This document shows positions 12,972-25,822 of a stretch of 64,000 bases of DNA, piece after piece. The notes under the pieces were generated by a model. It was not told the origin of the DNA. It saw only the letters and a list, made by a program, of their open reading frames with translations, and searched no databases. A program made the translations under genes and the position numbers. The stretch comes from Felis catus (lineage: Eukaryota), in assembly GCF_018350175.1 (NCBI RefSeq), contig NC_058368.1:220040001-220104000 (forward strand). Reading direction: 5' to 3'. Each line of letters begins with the position of its first letter. The stretch's first letter is position 1.

Positions 12972-13014
12972 AAGGAAGGAAGGAAGGAAGGAAGGAAGGA
13001 AGGAAGGAAGGAAG
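12972..13014. repeat. (GGAA)n microsatellite
   Basis: direct reading. Confidence 0.95.
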
Positions 13015-14404
13015 GGGCCCATTAATTAATGACTCAGGCAATATACCGAAAATAAAATAACTCAATAAGTTAGTTAAATATGGCAAATAAATAAAGACTA
13101 TAGTTGTCTACAAAAATAATATTTGATGTAGGAATAAACTAGAAAGGAATCTGAGAAGAGGCTTTGGATCTTGATTCCTTTCTCCTTAAGCATATACAAA
13201 GCCCTGTTTCGTAACTAATAGTCCCAGAGAGAAAAATCTAGTTAGTTACTACAGCATATTAATTTTCAAAACTGTCATTAAAGCTATAATAATATGACCT
13301 TGGTAACTTCAATGACATAGTTCCAAAGCGTGAAGGAAGTTGCTAGAAGCACATTACCACTGCACTGTTTCCAGTGCATGTGAAGCAGCCATATTTAACT
13401 GTTATATTTCTAGCACACAGCAGAGGGCTCTAGTAGCATTGTTCATAGAATTGAGTGCTGTATTAGTAATGTGAACAGAATATAGAAACAGACATTTATT
13501 AAACACAATATTGGAAAATCAAAATGAAATGAGAAAGGACAATGGTAGTTATCATTTGAATTGGAATTGCTGAGCTTGTTCAAATGCTGTTCGGTGTTCT
13601 GTTTTGGTTTCTTTCTTTCTTTATTGGTTTTTTGTTTTTTGTTTTTTGTTTTTTTAGAACTGCATTAAACTTGCTCAGGTTTGCCTCTTTGCCAGTATTA
13701 TTATATGAACATTATATAGATCTTCAAAGTAACCATGAGAGGCTATTGCTTTCTTCATAAATCATTTTAGCAATAAGACCATTAGGGCATCATTATTATC
13801 ATAAAAATAATAAACAATCTTGCTCTTAAAGCAGATGGGATTATAGTTCATAAATAAAACATAATTATTGAACAATTGATATGTATCGGGCAGTAGGCTA
13901 ACCACTAAAGTGAGATGGTTGTGGATAAGATACAATGTCTTCTTTCATTGAGCATAAATAATATAGAAAGATAAATAATTATGTAAGACAAGATAGAATA
14001 AGAATCACGAGAGGTAAAACTAAGGCAGGGTGCTGGAGCAGGTCCAATGAGAAGAGTCATGTAAATTGTTTCCTTAGGTGGATGACTGGCAAGAATGAGG
14101 GCAGAGAGCTTAGTAGGCAGAGAATAAAGCTCTACCAGGCATAGCGTTAGGGCAAACAGGTAGGTACAGGTACCCAGTTTGACAGAAGAGTAAGGTTCAC
14201 CAAGGTGGTAAGAAAGAGATAGGCAATGTGAGTGACAATGAATTGATTCTGTCAAGAATCTATAAATGCCTTGATGAATAGTTTTACTTAAAATTAGGTA
14301 GGCTTCAATATGGCCCCTACTAAAACCAGAAGACTAAAATCCTACACAAGCTGGCTATCTTAAAGTCTACAAGTAGGTTCATGGATTTAAATATCCACAT
14401 ATCA

Positions 14405-14586
14405 GGGGTGCCTGGGTGTCTCAGTCGGTTAAGCATCCAAGTCTTGGTTTTGGCTCAGGTTATGATCTCATGGTTCAAGTGTTTGAATCCCATGTTGGGC
14501 TCTGCCTGGGATTCTCCTTCTCTCTCTGTCCCTCCCTTTCTTGTGCTGTTTCTGTTTGTCTCAAAATAAATAAATTTAAAATCCCC
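14405..14586 (+). mobile_element. Can-SINE with 15-bp TSD
   Basis: ggggtgcctgggtgtctcagtcggttaagc head; TSD aaatatccacatatc at 14389-14403 and 14587-14601. Confidence 0.95.
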
Positions 14587-15129
14587 AAATATCCACATAT
14601 CTAATGAAGTTCAATAGTTATAGATAGCATTATATGTGTAAGAATCTCTGCTGGAATATACAGAAATCATTTTAATTGGATTTTATAAAATTGGACAATT
14701 AAAAAAATATTTTTTGCTTTGCTATGGTATCATAGTTTTATATAATAAACCTCATGTACATTCAAGAAGTTTCCATTATGTTTTTCCTTAAAACACACGA
14801 TGGATTTCCGGTAGAGAAAGCAAACAAATAGCCATCTATATATGGTATTGGCTAAGTTTTGACATGAAAATTCCATGAAATCTTTAGTCCATTTAAATGT
14901 AATGATTACAAGTTTACAGGTATGTTTTATAAAATTAATTGTACTGTAAAAACAAACAAAAAACCCACAAAAAAAACCCCACAAAAATTAACTACACTGT
15001 GCTTACAGCCAGTCAAGTTTGTTATCTATCTCTTGAGATGGGTTTTTCAAATTAGTCTCCCAAAATATCCATGGGTCACAACAGCTTATATATTTTAATG
15101 AAAGCCACCCTTCCTTACAAGATTTGTTT

Positions 15130-15148
15130 TTTGGTTGTTTTTGCTTTG

Positions 15149-15179
<31 letters not shown>

Positions 15180-15180
15180 T
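15130..15180. repeat. (GTTTT)n microsatellite
   Basis: direct reading. Confidence 0.9.
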
Positions 15181-15789
15181 GGTCTGTTTTATAGCATAGA
15201 CCAGCAATAGGGTTTTTATCAATAAACTGCCTCTCCCTACCCCAAACTGGGCCTCTAGAAGTCCTGCCCAGTTTCTAAGATTCCATAGTGATATAAATCT
15301 TTAATACTCCTTCCTGAGTGAGAATAAGGACCTCCTCCAGTGTTTTTAAGTCCTATCCACTCAAGAGTCATGGAATAGTCTTTTACAAACTCTTAGAAAA
15401 GTGCTCCCTCTATCAATGCTATTTGGTCTTTTTTATCTGGGAACATAATTTTGGGTTGATTTAGTAAGCCAACTTTAGCTCCTAAATTTGGGAACTAATT
15501 TTGGGGCCAGTGTTGATTAAACCTCAACGTGTCCCGTATTATTAAGTACACGTATTTACACAGTAAGAACACTCAAATTGGTGTTCTCTATGAAGACCAG
15601 TATTGGGTGCTCCCTGAAACATTTAACAGGGCACGTTCTCTGATAAAGGCAGTTTGTGTGGGCATTCTTAGGACTCCCTATTAGTGGCCTACACAAAACA
15701 TCAGAGGATAATTGCCGATGATATTTGCCACTTTATTATCCATATGCTCACTCTCCTCAAGGTGATACAGGTCCCATTATCTCTTTTCT

Positions 15790-15947
15790 TTCTTTTTTTT
15801 TTTAATGTTTATTTATTTTTGAGAGAAAAAGAGAGAGCATGAGTGGAGGAGGGGCAGAGAGAGAAGAAGACAGAGCCTCAGGCAGGCTCCAGGCTCCGAG
15901 CTGGCAGCATAGAGCCTGATGTGGGGCTCTAAACCATGAACCATGGG
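15790..15947 (-). mobile_element. Can-SINE lacking its 5' head
   Basis: tail and (GA)n present; stops at aaaccatgaaccatggga with no ggggcgcctggg head. Confidence 0.9.
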
Positions 15948-16085
15948 ATCAGGCTCTGTGCTGCCAGCTCGGAGCCTGGAGCCTGCTTCAGATTCTGTGT
16001 CTCCCACTCTCTCTGCCCCTCCCTGGCTTGTGCTCTATCTCTGTCTCTTTCTCTCAAAAACAAATAAATATTTAAAAAATTGTTT
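15948..16085 (+). mobile_element. Can-SINE lacking its 5' head, fused head-to-head with the previous copy
   Basis: atcaggctctgtgctgccagctcggagcctggagcctgcttcagattctgtgtctccc...aaataaata. Confidence 0.9.
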
Positions 16086-16556
16086 TTAAACAACCCATGT
16101 TTTAATTGCTTACGGGAACTTCAGGACATCACTGCATTTGAGGGTGATAAGAAATGTACCATGTCCATGTAATATGTTTCTTAGACCATTTCTGTGTTTT
16201 GGTATTAGTAACATTTGAGGCCCAGTAGGAAGAATTATATCCAAGTGGGCCAAACTGATAGATGATTTTCTGTGTTGTCAGTTTGTTCTCCTATAGGATA
16301 AGCAAAGCCTAGAATAGAATAATTGTTATTTCCAATATACTCATGAGTATTGCCCTAGAACTACTGATACTTCTTTAGAACTACAGGATAAGCAAAGCCT
16401 AGAATAATCATAATTTCAACATACTCATGGTTACTCGTAACCCTTGTGCTCCTTTTGAACTATATTCTACTTGCATGCTATTCTCAGATTCACAGTACTA
16501 CTGAAATATTGCACATTTAATAAAAATACTAGATATATTGATCATACTCTACTAGT

Positions 16557-16678
16557 TTGTTTTTTATGTTTCCTGACATATAAATAACATATAGCATTAT
16601 ATTAGTTTTAGGAGTAAAACATAATTATTTAATATTTGTATATATTTTGAGATGATCATCATGATAAGTGTAGTTATA
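16557..16678 (-). mobile_element. short L1 3' end fragment
   Basis: ataacatatagcattatattagttttaggagtaaaacataat...gatcatcatgataagtgtagtta, similar to the 4927 element end. Confidence 0.7.
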
Positions 16679-16899
16679 TTCTACTTCTTTTAAAATATAA
16701 TTCACTGCAATAAGTTTTTCTGGACCAATACACGGCCTGCCATTCTGATGATCCAAAATGGGAAAAATGACAACATTATGAATTGTTATCCCATAACGTT
16801 ATTCATATAGCTATGCGATTCAGGTATACTATTTTATATCAAATTTTAAAGTAACATTTTTTTTAAACTAAAAACAATTATAAGGCTTCTTATAGCATA

Positions 16900-17065
16900 T
16901 TTTACATGCTAGTTGACCTTCCCAACCATCTCTGTGGTGGCTCATATTACTCTACCCATTTTGAAAATGAGAAAACTAAGGCACAGAGAGGCTCACTCAT
17001 AGTCACTAAATTGGAAATTCATACACCTGACATCTAAATGTAGGTAGTCTAACTCTATTACCTGC
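16900..17065 (-). mobile_element. MIR relic
   Basis: cccattttgaaaatgagaaaactaaggcacagagagg. Confidence 0.75.
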
Positions 17066-17313
17066 GGGAATTGTATAGTATGTCATTTTAGTTTTAATTA
17101 TGTAGAAAAAGTAAATAGTAATATTCAGTCATATGCGAGATAATTTTCCTAAGACTTCATTTTAATTTTTCTCACATCACCTATAATGTTTTTAATACAA
17201 ATATTTGATTAATATTCTTCAAATCATTATTTATACCTCTTAACTGTGCTATTGACAAAAATAATTGCAGTGGAACATACTAGTCAACAATGTAGGATTT
17301 TCAATACTATCTC

Positions 17314-17525
17314 CTTTTTTATGTTTATTTTTGAGAGAGAGACGGAGGGAGGACCCGCACACAAGCAAGTGGGGGAGGGGCAGAGGGAGAGGAAGACAGA
17401 GGATCAGAAGTAGGCTCTATGTTAACAGCAGAGAGCCTGATGTAGAGCTATCAAACTCATAACCAGTGAGATCAGGACCTGAGCCAAAGGCAGATGCTTA
17501 ACTGATTGAGCCACCCAGATGCCCC
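17314..17525 (-). mobile_element. Can-SINE
   Basis: tttatttttgagagagag...gagatcaggacctgagcc...gagccacccagatgcccc. Confidence 0.95.
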
Positions 17526-18318
17526 TGACATTATCGTCTTAGAAAAGTAATGTAAGAAAGGAATAATCCAACTCACTTCTAACCTGAGATCTGACATACT
17601 AAATACGAAGTCTTCCTGATGACTACATAAGTTTCAAGGTTAGGGTCATAGTGATGAACACAGCAACATTTTAATAGTTTGATTAAATTTCCCAATCTGA
17701 AATATTTGAGATGTGCAGAGAAAAGAAAGGGAGACAAACAAACAGCTAGCCTTGGAATTTTCCATGCTTATTTCTTTGTTCCACTTTTAAAATGATTTAG
17801 AAACAACTGTGCAAGGATTTGTGGTCTGTGAATATACTTTATGACAGATGAATAAGCATAGATTTTGTAGTTGGCATGACTGCTACTTTAATAAGCTTTC
17901 TCAGTGACAGGATTTTATAACCTTGGGTGAAGTAAAACATTGTGAGGTACTGTCTTATGCAGTGCATTAAAACCTATAATAAGGCTGTATCATTAGGAAA
18001 GGTGATACTGACTGATGAACTACAGTAAGATCAATTTGTAGTGGCCATGAAAATTTGCCACTTAAGTCTTCACATAACTGATTGATGGCCATCACCATTG
18101 GCCATCACCAATGCTCCCATTTGTCCCACACACTCCCCCTACTTACCCAAGGGAAATTATATATTCTTATTGGGACTCTTGAAATCAAGATCTACAAACA
18201 GCAGAGCAGACTTACACAATAGCAATACAATTAGAAAAGTATTAAGAAGAGGAAGTAGATTCTTAAAGGTCAGCATATTCCCTATAAGTATATATACCTT
18301 TCTTGGATTCAAAATTAA

Positions 18319-18353
<35 letters not shown>

Positions 18354-18453
18354 TAGATAGATATAGATAGATATATAGATAGATATAGATAGATAGATAT
18401 AGATATAGATAGATAGATAGATAGATATAGATAGATATAGATATAGATATAGA
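18319..18453. repeat. compound (GATA)n/(GATATA)n microsatellite
   Basis: direct reading. Confidence 0.95.
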
Positions 18454-19585
18454 TGAGAGACTACACATTTGTTTTTATAAAATTCAGTTATTTCTTTAAT
18501 AAAAATGAAATAATAAAACATCTCTATTTGTACTGTTAAGAGTTCTAAATAAAATGAAAAAAAGTTATTCCTTATGTAAAAGGTTTTAAAGATTACTAAT
18601 GAATGGAGGTAAACAGAATTGTTACAAATTAATGCTTTTTTTTAATCTGCTACAAAATAAATAATACACAGAAACTTATTTTTATCAATCAAATATTTGC
18701 CATATGACGTCAAGATGACTAAAATTGGATATGTTTCCTAGACTGATCACACACATAAGAGTTGTGTCTCATAAACACAGAAGGCTGGATCAGCGAGTCC
18801 CAGAATAATTGCCAGTGAACATCACCTACTTTGTGGCCAGCACATATGTGTAGCCTGAGCAAGCTTCAGGCCTCACCCAGGGCTCCTGTCCTGAGCAGGG
18901 CCATATAGATCACTGCCTCCCACAAAGTCTAGGGAATCAACTTAGTGTTCTATGACTGTTTTCCAAGAGGCTTCCCTGAGACCCAAGAAATCATGAGTCC
19001 ATTCTCACAGAATTGAGAGGAAGTCTAAAATAGGAAAATATCAAAACAGTCTCTCTTTTCATACATTGTTGCACTGAAATTCTCCCATCTTTGGCCTCCT
19101 TTTTGTCCTGGAATCATAAAAAAATCTCTGTCTCGTGATAAAGTGAGGAAAGAGGTCTCAATCTCCCAAAATATTAGAGTATGAAAAGGAGGAAACATGA
19201 TCTATAATAACTATAGTAGACGAACCTTAGTCTTATTCTGTGGAACCAAAACAAAACAAAACTTCACCTTCAGAATTTAAACATCTGAATGTCACTAATA
19301 AGCATGCTCAATTTTATTTGGTTTATTTTGAATAAGTAACCTTTTTATATATTTTAACATCAGATAAATTACATCACATACATTGAAAGCTCTTCATCTA
19401 CTTCTGTTCCCACTCACTCCATTGTCCAGTATTGCCTTACAGACAACCAACACCTTTATTTAGTCTTCAAAGCTTTTTTTTTTAATTTGAATACAACCAA
19501 GCATACATATGTAAAATTCTATGTATACATAATTTTCTACATTTTGATTATAAAAGATAATACAAATATGACAGAATATATGGTG

Positions 19586-20300
19586 TCCTAGCAAGGATCA
19601 ATTAGAGAGAATGCTGCCACAGTGTGAATTGAGTATTTTAGGGGAGGATTAATCAGGTTCTCCAGAGAAACAGAACCAATAGATATAAAGAAATTATATA
19701 TAAGAGGAGATTTATTGTAGGAATTGGCGTATATGGTTATGGAGGCCAAGAAGTCCAGTGGTCCAGAGAGAGTGCTTGCCCTCCCTCTGCCTTTCTGTTC
19801 TATTTAGGCCCTTAATAGATTGCATGATGTCTTCCTGTATTAATGATAATAGTTTTTCACTCAATTTGCTGTTTCAAGTACTACTCCTTTCCAAACACCC
19901 TCATAGACATACCCAGAAATAATATTTCACCAGCTACCTGGACATCTATTATGCTAGTGAGATTGACATGTAAAATTAACCATCACAAAGGTTATTGACG
20001 GGGTTAAGGGAAACCACAGAGATGGAAAAGTACCTAAAACAAGAAACACTGGGAAGCTGTTAGCACTGTTAGGTTTGAGGGGCTAAGGGGAAGGAGCAGT
20101 TTCTAGAACCCAGGTGTAGAAGGTACAATGTTTGGTAGGAACCCAGGCACTGAGAAACATGGGCCCAGAAGGGAAGGAATCAGGATAATACATATCTCCA
20201 CTTATCTTTCCTCCCACTGCCCAATATTCTTCACGTACTTCCAATTAGACAAACTCAGAGAGAAGCCAGAGGACAAAAGAGCAAAGCAGATTCAGTTCTC
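19586..20300 (-). mobile_element. old ERVL LTR (LTR33/LTR41-like) interrupted by MLT2
   Basis: agggaaaccacagagatgg...gggaagctgttagcact...aggggaaggagcagtt...ttccaattagacaaactcagagagaagccagaggacaa. Confidence 0.55.
19646..19987 (-). mobile_element. MLT2 (ERVL) LTR, internally deleted
   Basis: ttctccagagaaacagaaccaatag...ggaggccaagaagtcc...ttgacatgtaaaattaaccatcaca. Confidence 0.85.
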
Positions 20301-20374
20301 CTGAAGACAAACTTGTAAGATCATACCATAATCTTTCATAGCATGAATTTCGGTAGCTGTAGACTGACAGAGAT

Positions 20375-20585
20375 TATAAATTTCGGAGATAGAAAAAAAC
20401 TTGGTTCAAATCTCAGCTCTCCCACTTATAAATTAGGTGATTTTAGGCAGGTTATTTAATCTCTACAATATTTGGTATTCTCTACTGAAAATGAGATGTA
20501 TCTACTTTATGTTTGTTTTAATGACAATGTTAGATGAAGCTCAAATATTGGTCTGGTACATGTAAGTTGCAAGAAACATTTAGAT
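20375..20585 (+). mobile_element. MIR relic
   Basis: ggttcaaatctcagctctcccactta...ggcaggttatttaatctct. Confidence 0.7.
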
Positions 20586-20601
20586 GACAATAAAAATGAC
20601 T

Positions 20602-20603
<2 letters not shown>

Positions 20604-20657
<54 letters not shown>
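20604..20657. repeat. (CT)n microsatellite
   Basis: direct reading. Confidence 0.95.
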
Positions 20658-20660
<3 letters not shown>

Positions 20661-20877
20661 GTCTCTCCATATCCATATCTTCACATAACACAAGAAGTTA
20701 GAAGGTACCATTTGCTAACTTGCTTATATGGGTTTAGCAATTTGACCATGGGGCCTATTTAATATCTTTGTGATTCTCTTGGTCTTTCTCCATGGTCTCA
20801 AGGTGGCTGACACAATTCTAGCTGTCACAGCTACAATCAATTCAGGAAAATAATAAAGGGGAAAAGGGGTGACTGTA

Positions 20878-21090
20878 GGGGCACCTGGGTGACTCAGTCA
20901 GTTAAGTGTCTGCTCTTGGTTTCAGCTCAGGTCATAATCTCATGGTTTTGTGGGTTTGAACCCTGCATTGGGCTCTGCACTGGCGGCATGGAGACTGTTT
21001 GGGATTCTCTTTCCCTCTCTCTCTGTGCCCCTCCCCCACTCACTTTGTCTCTCTTGAAATAAATAAATAAAATTTTAACAAAAGAATAAA
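20878..21090 (+). mobile_element. Can-SINE with ~16-bp TSD, probably inside an old MLT1 fragment
   Basis: TSD aaaaggggtgact(g/c)ta at 20862-20877 and 21091-21106. Confidence 0.95.
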
Positions 21091-21524
21091 AAAAGGGGTG
21101 ACTCTAGCTGATTCTGCTTTTATCTCATTGTTTGGAACTGCATCATAAGGAATGTTCTGCCATCTAGGAGTGCTTAGATAAAGCATATTCCAGCTGCTTT
21201 GGGGTCTATAGTAGAGGCAGAGGAGGTAATAGACAGTCACAAATGGACATCAGATGAGCAAAACTGAAGTGTACATTTAAACATAAAATTCACTAACTCA
21301 GTGTGAAATGTATAACTGGGCATTGATATTTTCCAGCTAATACTATTATCATTATTATCTTGCATGAATATTTCATAATTAATTTATTTTAGTAACAGTC
21401 TATTTTTGACCTTTAGTTTTTTGATTATAAAAATACCTCACAGATAAAAAATTGTACATTGGATATGTTTATGTTTAATTCACAAGAACACATTTCTACA
21501 AATAAAAAGTAAAACTATCTGGGA

Positions 21525-21681
21525 TATAGATAGATGATAGATGATTGATATGTTTATATGTATGTTTATGTGTGCGTGTATATATGTACATACACACATA
21601 TCTTGCATATATATATGTGTATGTGTGTGTGTATATATATATATATATACACATATATATAAATATATATATATACATATA

Positions 21682-21731
<50 letters not shown>
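21525..21731. repeat. compound (GATA)/(TG)/(TA)n microsatellite
   Basis: direct reading. Confidence 0.95.
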
Positions 21732-21732
<1 letters not shown>

Positions 21733-21881
21733 CCCAGGTATAGGAGCCTTAGCATTTGTAGGAATCCAGGCAGTGGGAAACATAAGCCCAGAAAAGAAAG
21801 AATCAAGAATACATATTTCAACTTTATACTTACTGTTGAATTTACATACATAAATATTTACCTCCTGGAAATATTACCAAT

Positions 21882-21909
21882 TATATATATATATATGTAT
21901 ATGTATATG

Positions 21910-21985
<76 letters not shown>

Positions 21986-22004
21986 TACATATATACATAT
22001 ATAT
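21882..22004. repeat. compound (TA)n(CA)n microsatellite
   Basis: direct reading. Confidence 0.95.
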
Positions 22005-23729
22005 AGTTTCCTCTCATTAAAGAAAATTTATTGCCTCAGTCTTATTTTGCTTTATTCCAAGTTATTCCAACTTCTTCTATTTATTTCTTCAGTCTGTTAT
22101 TGTTTTATTCTGTTATTTGAACTTCTATTTTTATTCTATGCAAGTCTGCATATTCCACCCAATTGCTGTGAATAAGTGCATATATTTAATGTAAGATTAA
22201 AACATCTTAAATTGAGGCTTACAGTAATCCAAATGTATGCAATAATTCCTCACCTCATCCTACTTGTTCTCTAAGGATAAGGAAAACTTAAATAGGTTCT
22301 ATCTAATAAGTATATGCAAAGACATCAACTTGATTGGATTAATGTTCAAAAACTAATGCCTATGTCACTCCAAATGAAACCCAGGAAAATTCAATTTTTA
22401 ATTATATTCAAGAGAAGTTCCAGTTTGAAGCAAAATTTTACATTGGTGAACCTAATTTCCTCCTGAGAACAATTTCATCTGTAGGTAAGAAAAAGTTTAT
22501 TTTCAATATCTCAGCATTGGCTAAGGAAATTAGTTTTTCACGCCCAATTTTTTATTGAGAGATTGGTACCTAATTTCTGGGAGACTACTTTTTGACTTTT
22601 TTTTGGCTCTGCATTGTATAGAAATTTGTAATCCATTACAACATATATAGGAAAGAATTTGGGGGACTTGGGATAATCCATATACTGTTTGGTAAAATTT
22701 ACTGGTTTTTAGTTATCTATTATGGAAACAAAAATAAAATACAGTTTAGTGGATATACTAAATATTGAATATGGATATAATACATGTCATTTTGTATCAT
22801 GAATTTTAAAAATGGATTCTTGAAATTTTATATATAGACACAACTGTATGATTTTTACATAAGTAAATGAAAAATATTAAATCTCTTCTTTAACCATCTT
22901 TTAAAAATTTACAACAGATGAAATTAAAAGAGTTAATACCTTCCCTTTCTTTCTGTGAACAACGGTAGTATTTCAATTTACTTGAACTTCTAAATGAATT
23001 GGAATCCATTAAGTGCATTCATGAAATTCATTTGAATATTTTAATATCAAAAATTTCAAAATAACTAGAAGCTCCAATTTTCAGCACACCTGTCTTGGCA
23101 GAGCAATAACCCTGGAAGTTCGTTGGAATAAAATTAAAAGGGACTTCAGCTACACAAAGACAGAACTGCTGCCTGAAATCGAACGAGCTAGGAGACCCCC
23201 ACCAGTGGCCACATTTCTTGGACCATGTGTCATTCTCCCTGGCTCCTGGAACATAAACCCATCTGTTAACTCCAGGGGTCATTTGTCTAAGATGGTTCTT
23301 GAAATAAATGTTCTGGGGGTGGAAGTTTGTTCATCTATAGTCAGTATATAGTGACAAAGCCCAGCATGCCCAATCTAGCTCACATGCTCTTTAATTTCTG
23401 GGCTCATGGGACACAGTGTCAGACCTTATTCTGATGGCACGAACACAGAAGATCCTCTTACATCATTGCTAGTACCCAAAAGCAACATACCTAGAGAATA
23501 CCTGTTACCTTGGAGCCTTCCAAGCTTTCTGAGATAGCCTGGATTTGTAGTCTATGTACATATCAGTACAGTAAAAGTGATGTCAGATCAGTAAAAATGA
23601 TGGGTTAATTTCTTATTGAATAATTGTTGATATTTTGAAGAGATAAAATAGCATTTTTTAAAAGTATGTATACGTCTTGCCTGAAATGATTATGTTATGT
23701 TTTAAAAGAAGCTTACTTAATGTCCTCAC

Positions 23730-23830
23730 AAATTACTACAAATTATGTATTTTTATTAGCTCTGTTTTACAAAGTGGGAAACTGAGGCACAGAAAACTTG
23801 AGGAATTTGACCAAGACAACTGAGTTAGGA
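23730..23830 (-). mobile_element. MIR core
   Basis: ttttacaaagtgggaaactgaggcacagaaaacttgaggaatttgaccaagac. Confidence 0.75.
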
Positions 23831-25203
23831 ACTATCTCAGGCACTATTCTCATGGGGTATTTATTTTAACCAAAAAGCAAAGGGAGAAAATGTGTTTAAG
23901 GAGAGCTGAATGAATCCCGATACTCCACAAAGACAGTTAGAAGGGGGAAATATATAGATGTTATTAGATATATAAATATATAGATATTAATAATATTAGA
24001 ACCATTTCTGGCTCTAATCACAGCCCAATCCCACCCTGAGTTTGATAAGCAGTGTACAGAGCAGAAAATGTTCACAGTTTGCCTCATTTTCCTTAAAAGT
24101 ATTTTTCATCATGGTCTCATCTTGCCTCACCATTAGTTTGCCTTTCTCAAATCTTGTCATCCCAGTACTAAGCCAGGTTGCTCCATTCCCAATGTCAATG
24201 GCTAGTCCAATTGCCACACTTTTTATCTAATTACATCCAAATGGCTTGATCAACCTCTTTGAATTCTTAAATTGTGTATCATCCACAAAGAGTTATACTG
24301 AATACAGACCGAGTGAATCATTAGCAAGGAGTTCTTCACCTCTCATGCACTGCATAACAAAGAAGTGCATACCTAAAGCTGATTATCCGTGGCCATATGT
24401 TAATAACTTACTGCATGATCCATCTGTAGTTTCTTTTCCATTCTTCATTATTACTGGGAGTTTGGTGATTTAGTTCCAAAAGTTTTAAAGTTGACAAGGT
24501 AAGTAAATGATATATTAGATGAAACTTTCTCAAATGATCTGCTAAATGTGCAAACACACAGTGTTTCCTAGACTAGGTATTAATCCTACTTAATCTATCA
24601 AAATTACATATTTAGCATTCTGTTCTGATTTACTGTCTCTTTTCTAACAAGGAGATTAAAGATTCTTCTTATGCTATCTATTGAATAATGTCATAGTTAT
24701 AAATGGGAAGAACATCCCTGACTTCTGGATTCTTATTTCTGCAAGATAACATCAGAAAGATACAAATATATTGATTATCTAAGAAACTTCCCTTGAAAAT
24801 CTAAACAGATTACATGAGTGGATGTAATTATTCCTCAATTTTAAATCTCAAAATTAAAAAGAAAAAGACTCCTTACTAATGAAAATTTTACATAACAATG
24901 TCAGAAATGAAAAAAAAATAATTAAATTTCAGAGATATAATGTAAAGGTAATGTAATAATGAGATATTACCAAATATCTCATCAAACAATCTAATAAATA
25001 TGCAATGCTTAAATAATAAGTTTCTGAATACACTGTAGAACACATTTAACAAATCAAAATATTGATGAAAAATGGGTATTCTCATCTTCATTAACATGAA
25101 ATGATAATCACTATGAACAGAAACCAAATTTATTATTCTAATGAGAACTCAACAATCTAGAAAATATAGAGTGAGCAGATACATTATGTGACAGTCAAGT
25201 GAA

Positions 25204-25585
25204 TTTTTTTTTAATTGTGGTAAAAACATATAACATGAGATCTGCCTTCTCACCTTTTTTCAGTGCATAATACAGAATTGTTAACTACAGGCACAATGTT
25301 GTACAGCAGATCTCTAGAATTTATTCATCTTGCACAACTGAAACTTTATACCCTTTAAATGGTAATTCCCCATTTTCCACTCACCTTGGCCCCTGGCAAC
25401 CAGCATTCTAGTCTCTGCTTCTATGAGTTTGACTCTCTTAAATGCCTCCAAAAAGTGGAATCATGTACTATTTGTCCTGTGACTAGCTTATCTTACTCAG
25501 CCTAATGCCCTCCAGGTTCATCCAAGTTGTCCTATATGGCAGGATTTCCTTTCTGGTTTTTTAAGTCTGAATAATATTCCATTGT
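25204..25585 (-). mobile_element. L1MA/MB-type 3' UTR fragment
   Basis: tgtacagcagatctctagaatttattcatcttgcacaactgaaactttatac...ggcaaccagcattcta. Confidence 0.85.
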
Positions 25586-25589
25586 CCAT

Positions 25590-25822
25590 TTTATTTTAGT
25601 TTTAGTTTTCTAATGTTTATTTATTTATTTTGAGAGAGAGAGAGAGAGAGACAGGGAACATGAGCAAGGGAGGAGCAGAGAGAGGGAGAGCGAGAATGCC
25701 AAGCAGGCTCTACACTGTCAGCACAGAGTCCGATGCGGGGCTCAATCTCATAAGCCATGAGGCCATGACCTAAGCCCAAACAAGAGTCAGATGCTTAACT
25801 GACTGAACCACCCAGGTGCCTC
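25590..25822 (-). mobile_element. Can-SINE inserted at the edge of the L1 fragment
   Basis: tail, (GA)n, gactgaaccacccaggtgcc; TSD-like tccattgt/tccactgt. Confidence 0.95.

Noticed and set aside
12681..13022. 113-aa ORF starting MGPFLPSFLPSF
   Set aside because: Begins in a (GGAA)n repeat; no recognisable domain
13905..14255. 116-aa minus-strand ORF
   Set aside because: Non-ATG start, antisense to purine-rich sequence, no recognisable homology
15185..15780. Possible old LTR/ERV internal fragment
   Set aside because: No termini, TSD or coding motif that I could identify
21480..21853. ORFs of 63-123 aa rich in YI/IY/TH
   Set aside because: Translations of (TA)n/(CA)n microsatellites; the same applies at 1085, 18157, 32624 and 46745
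24490..24505. Consensus splice donor AAG|GTAAGT
   Set aside because: No well-defined paired acceptor or open frame; isolated donors are expected by chance in 64 kb
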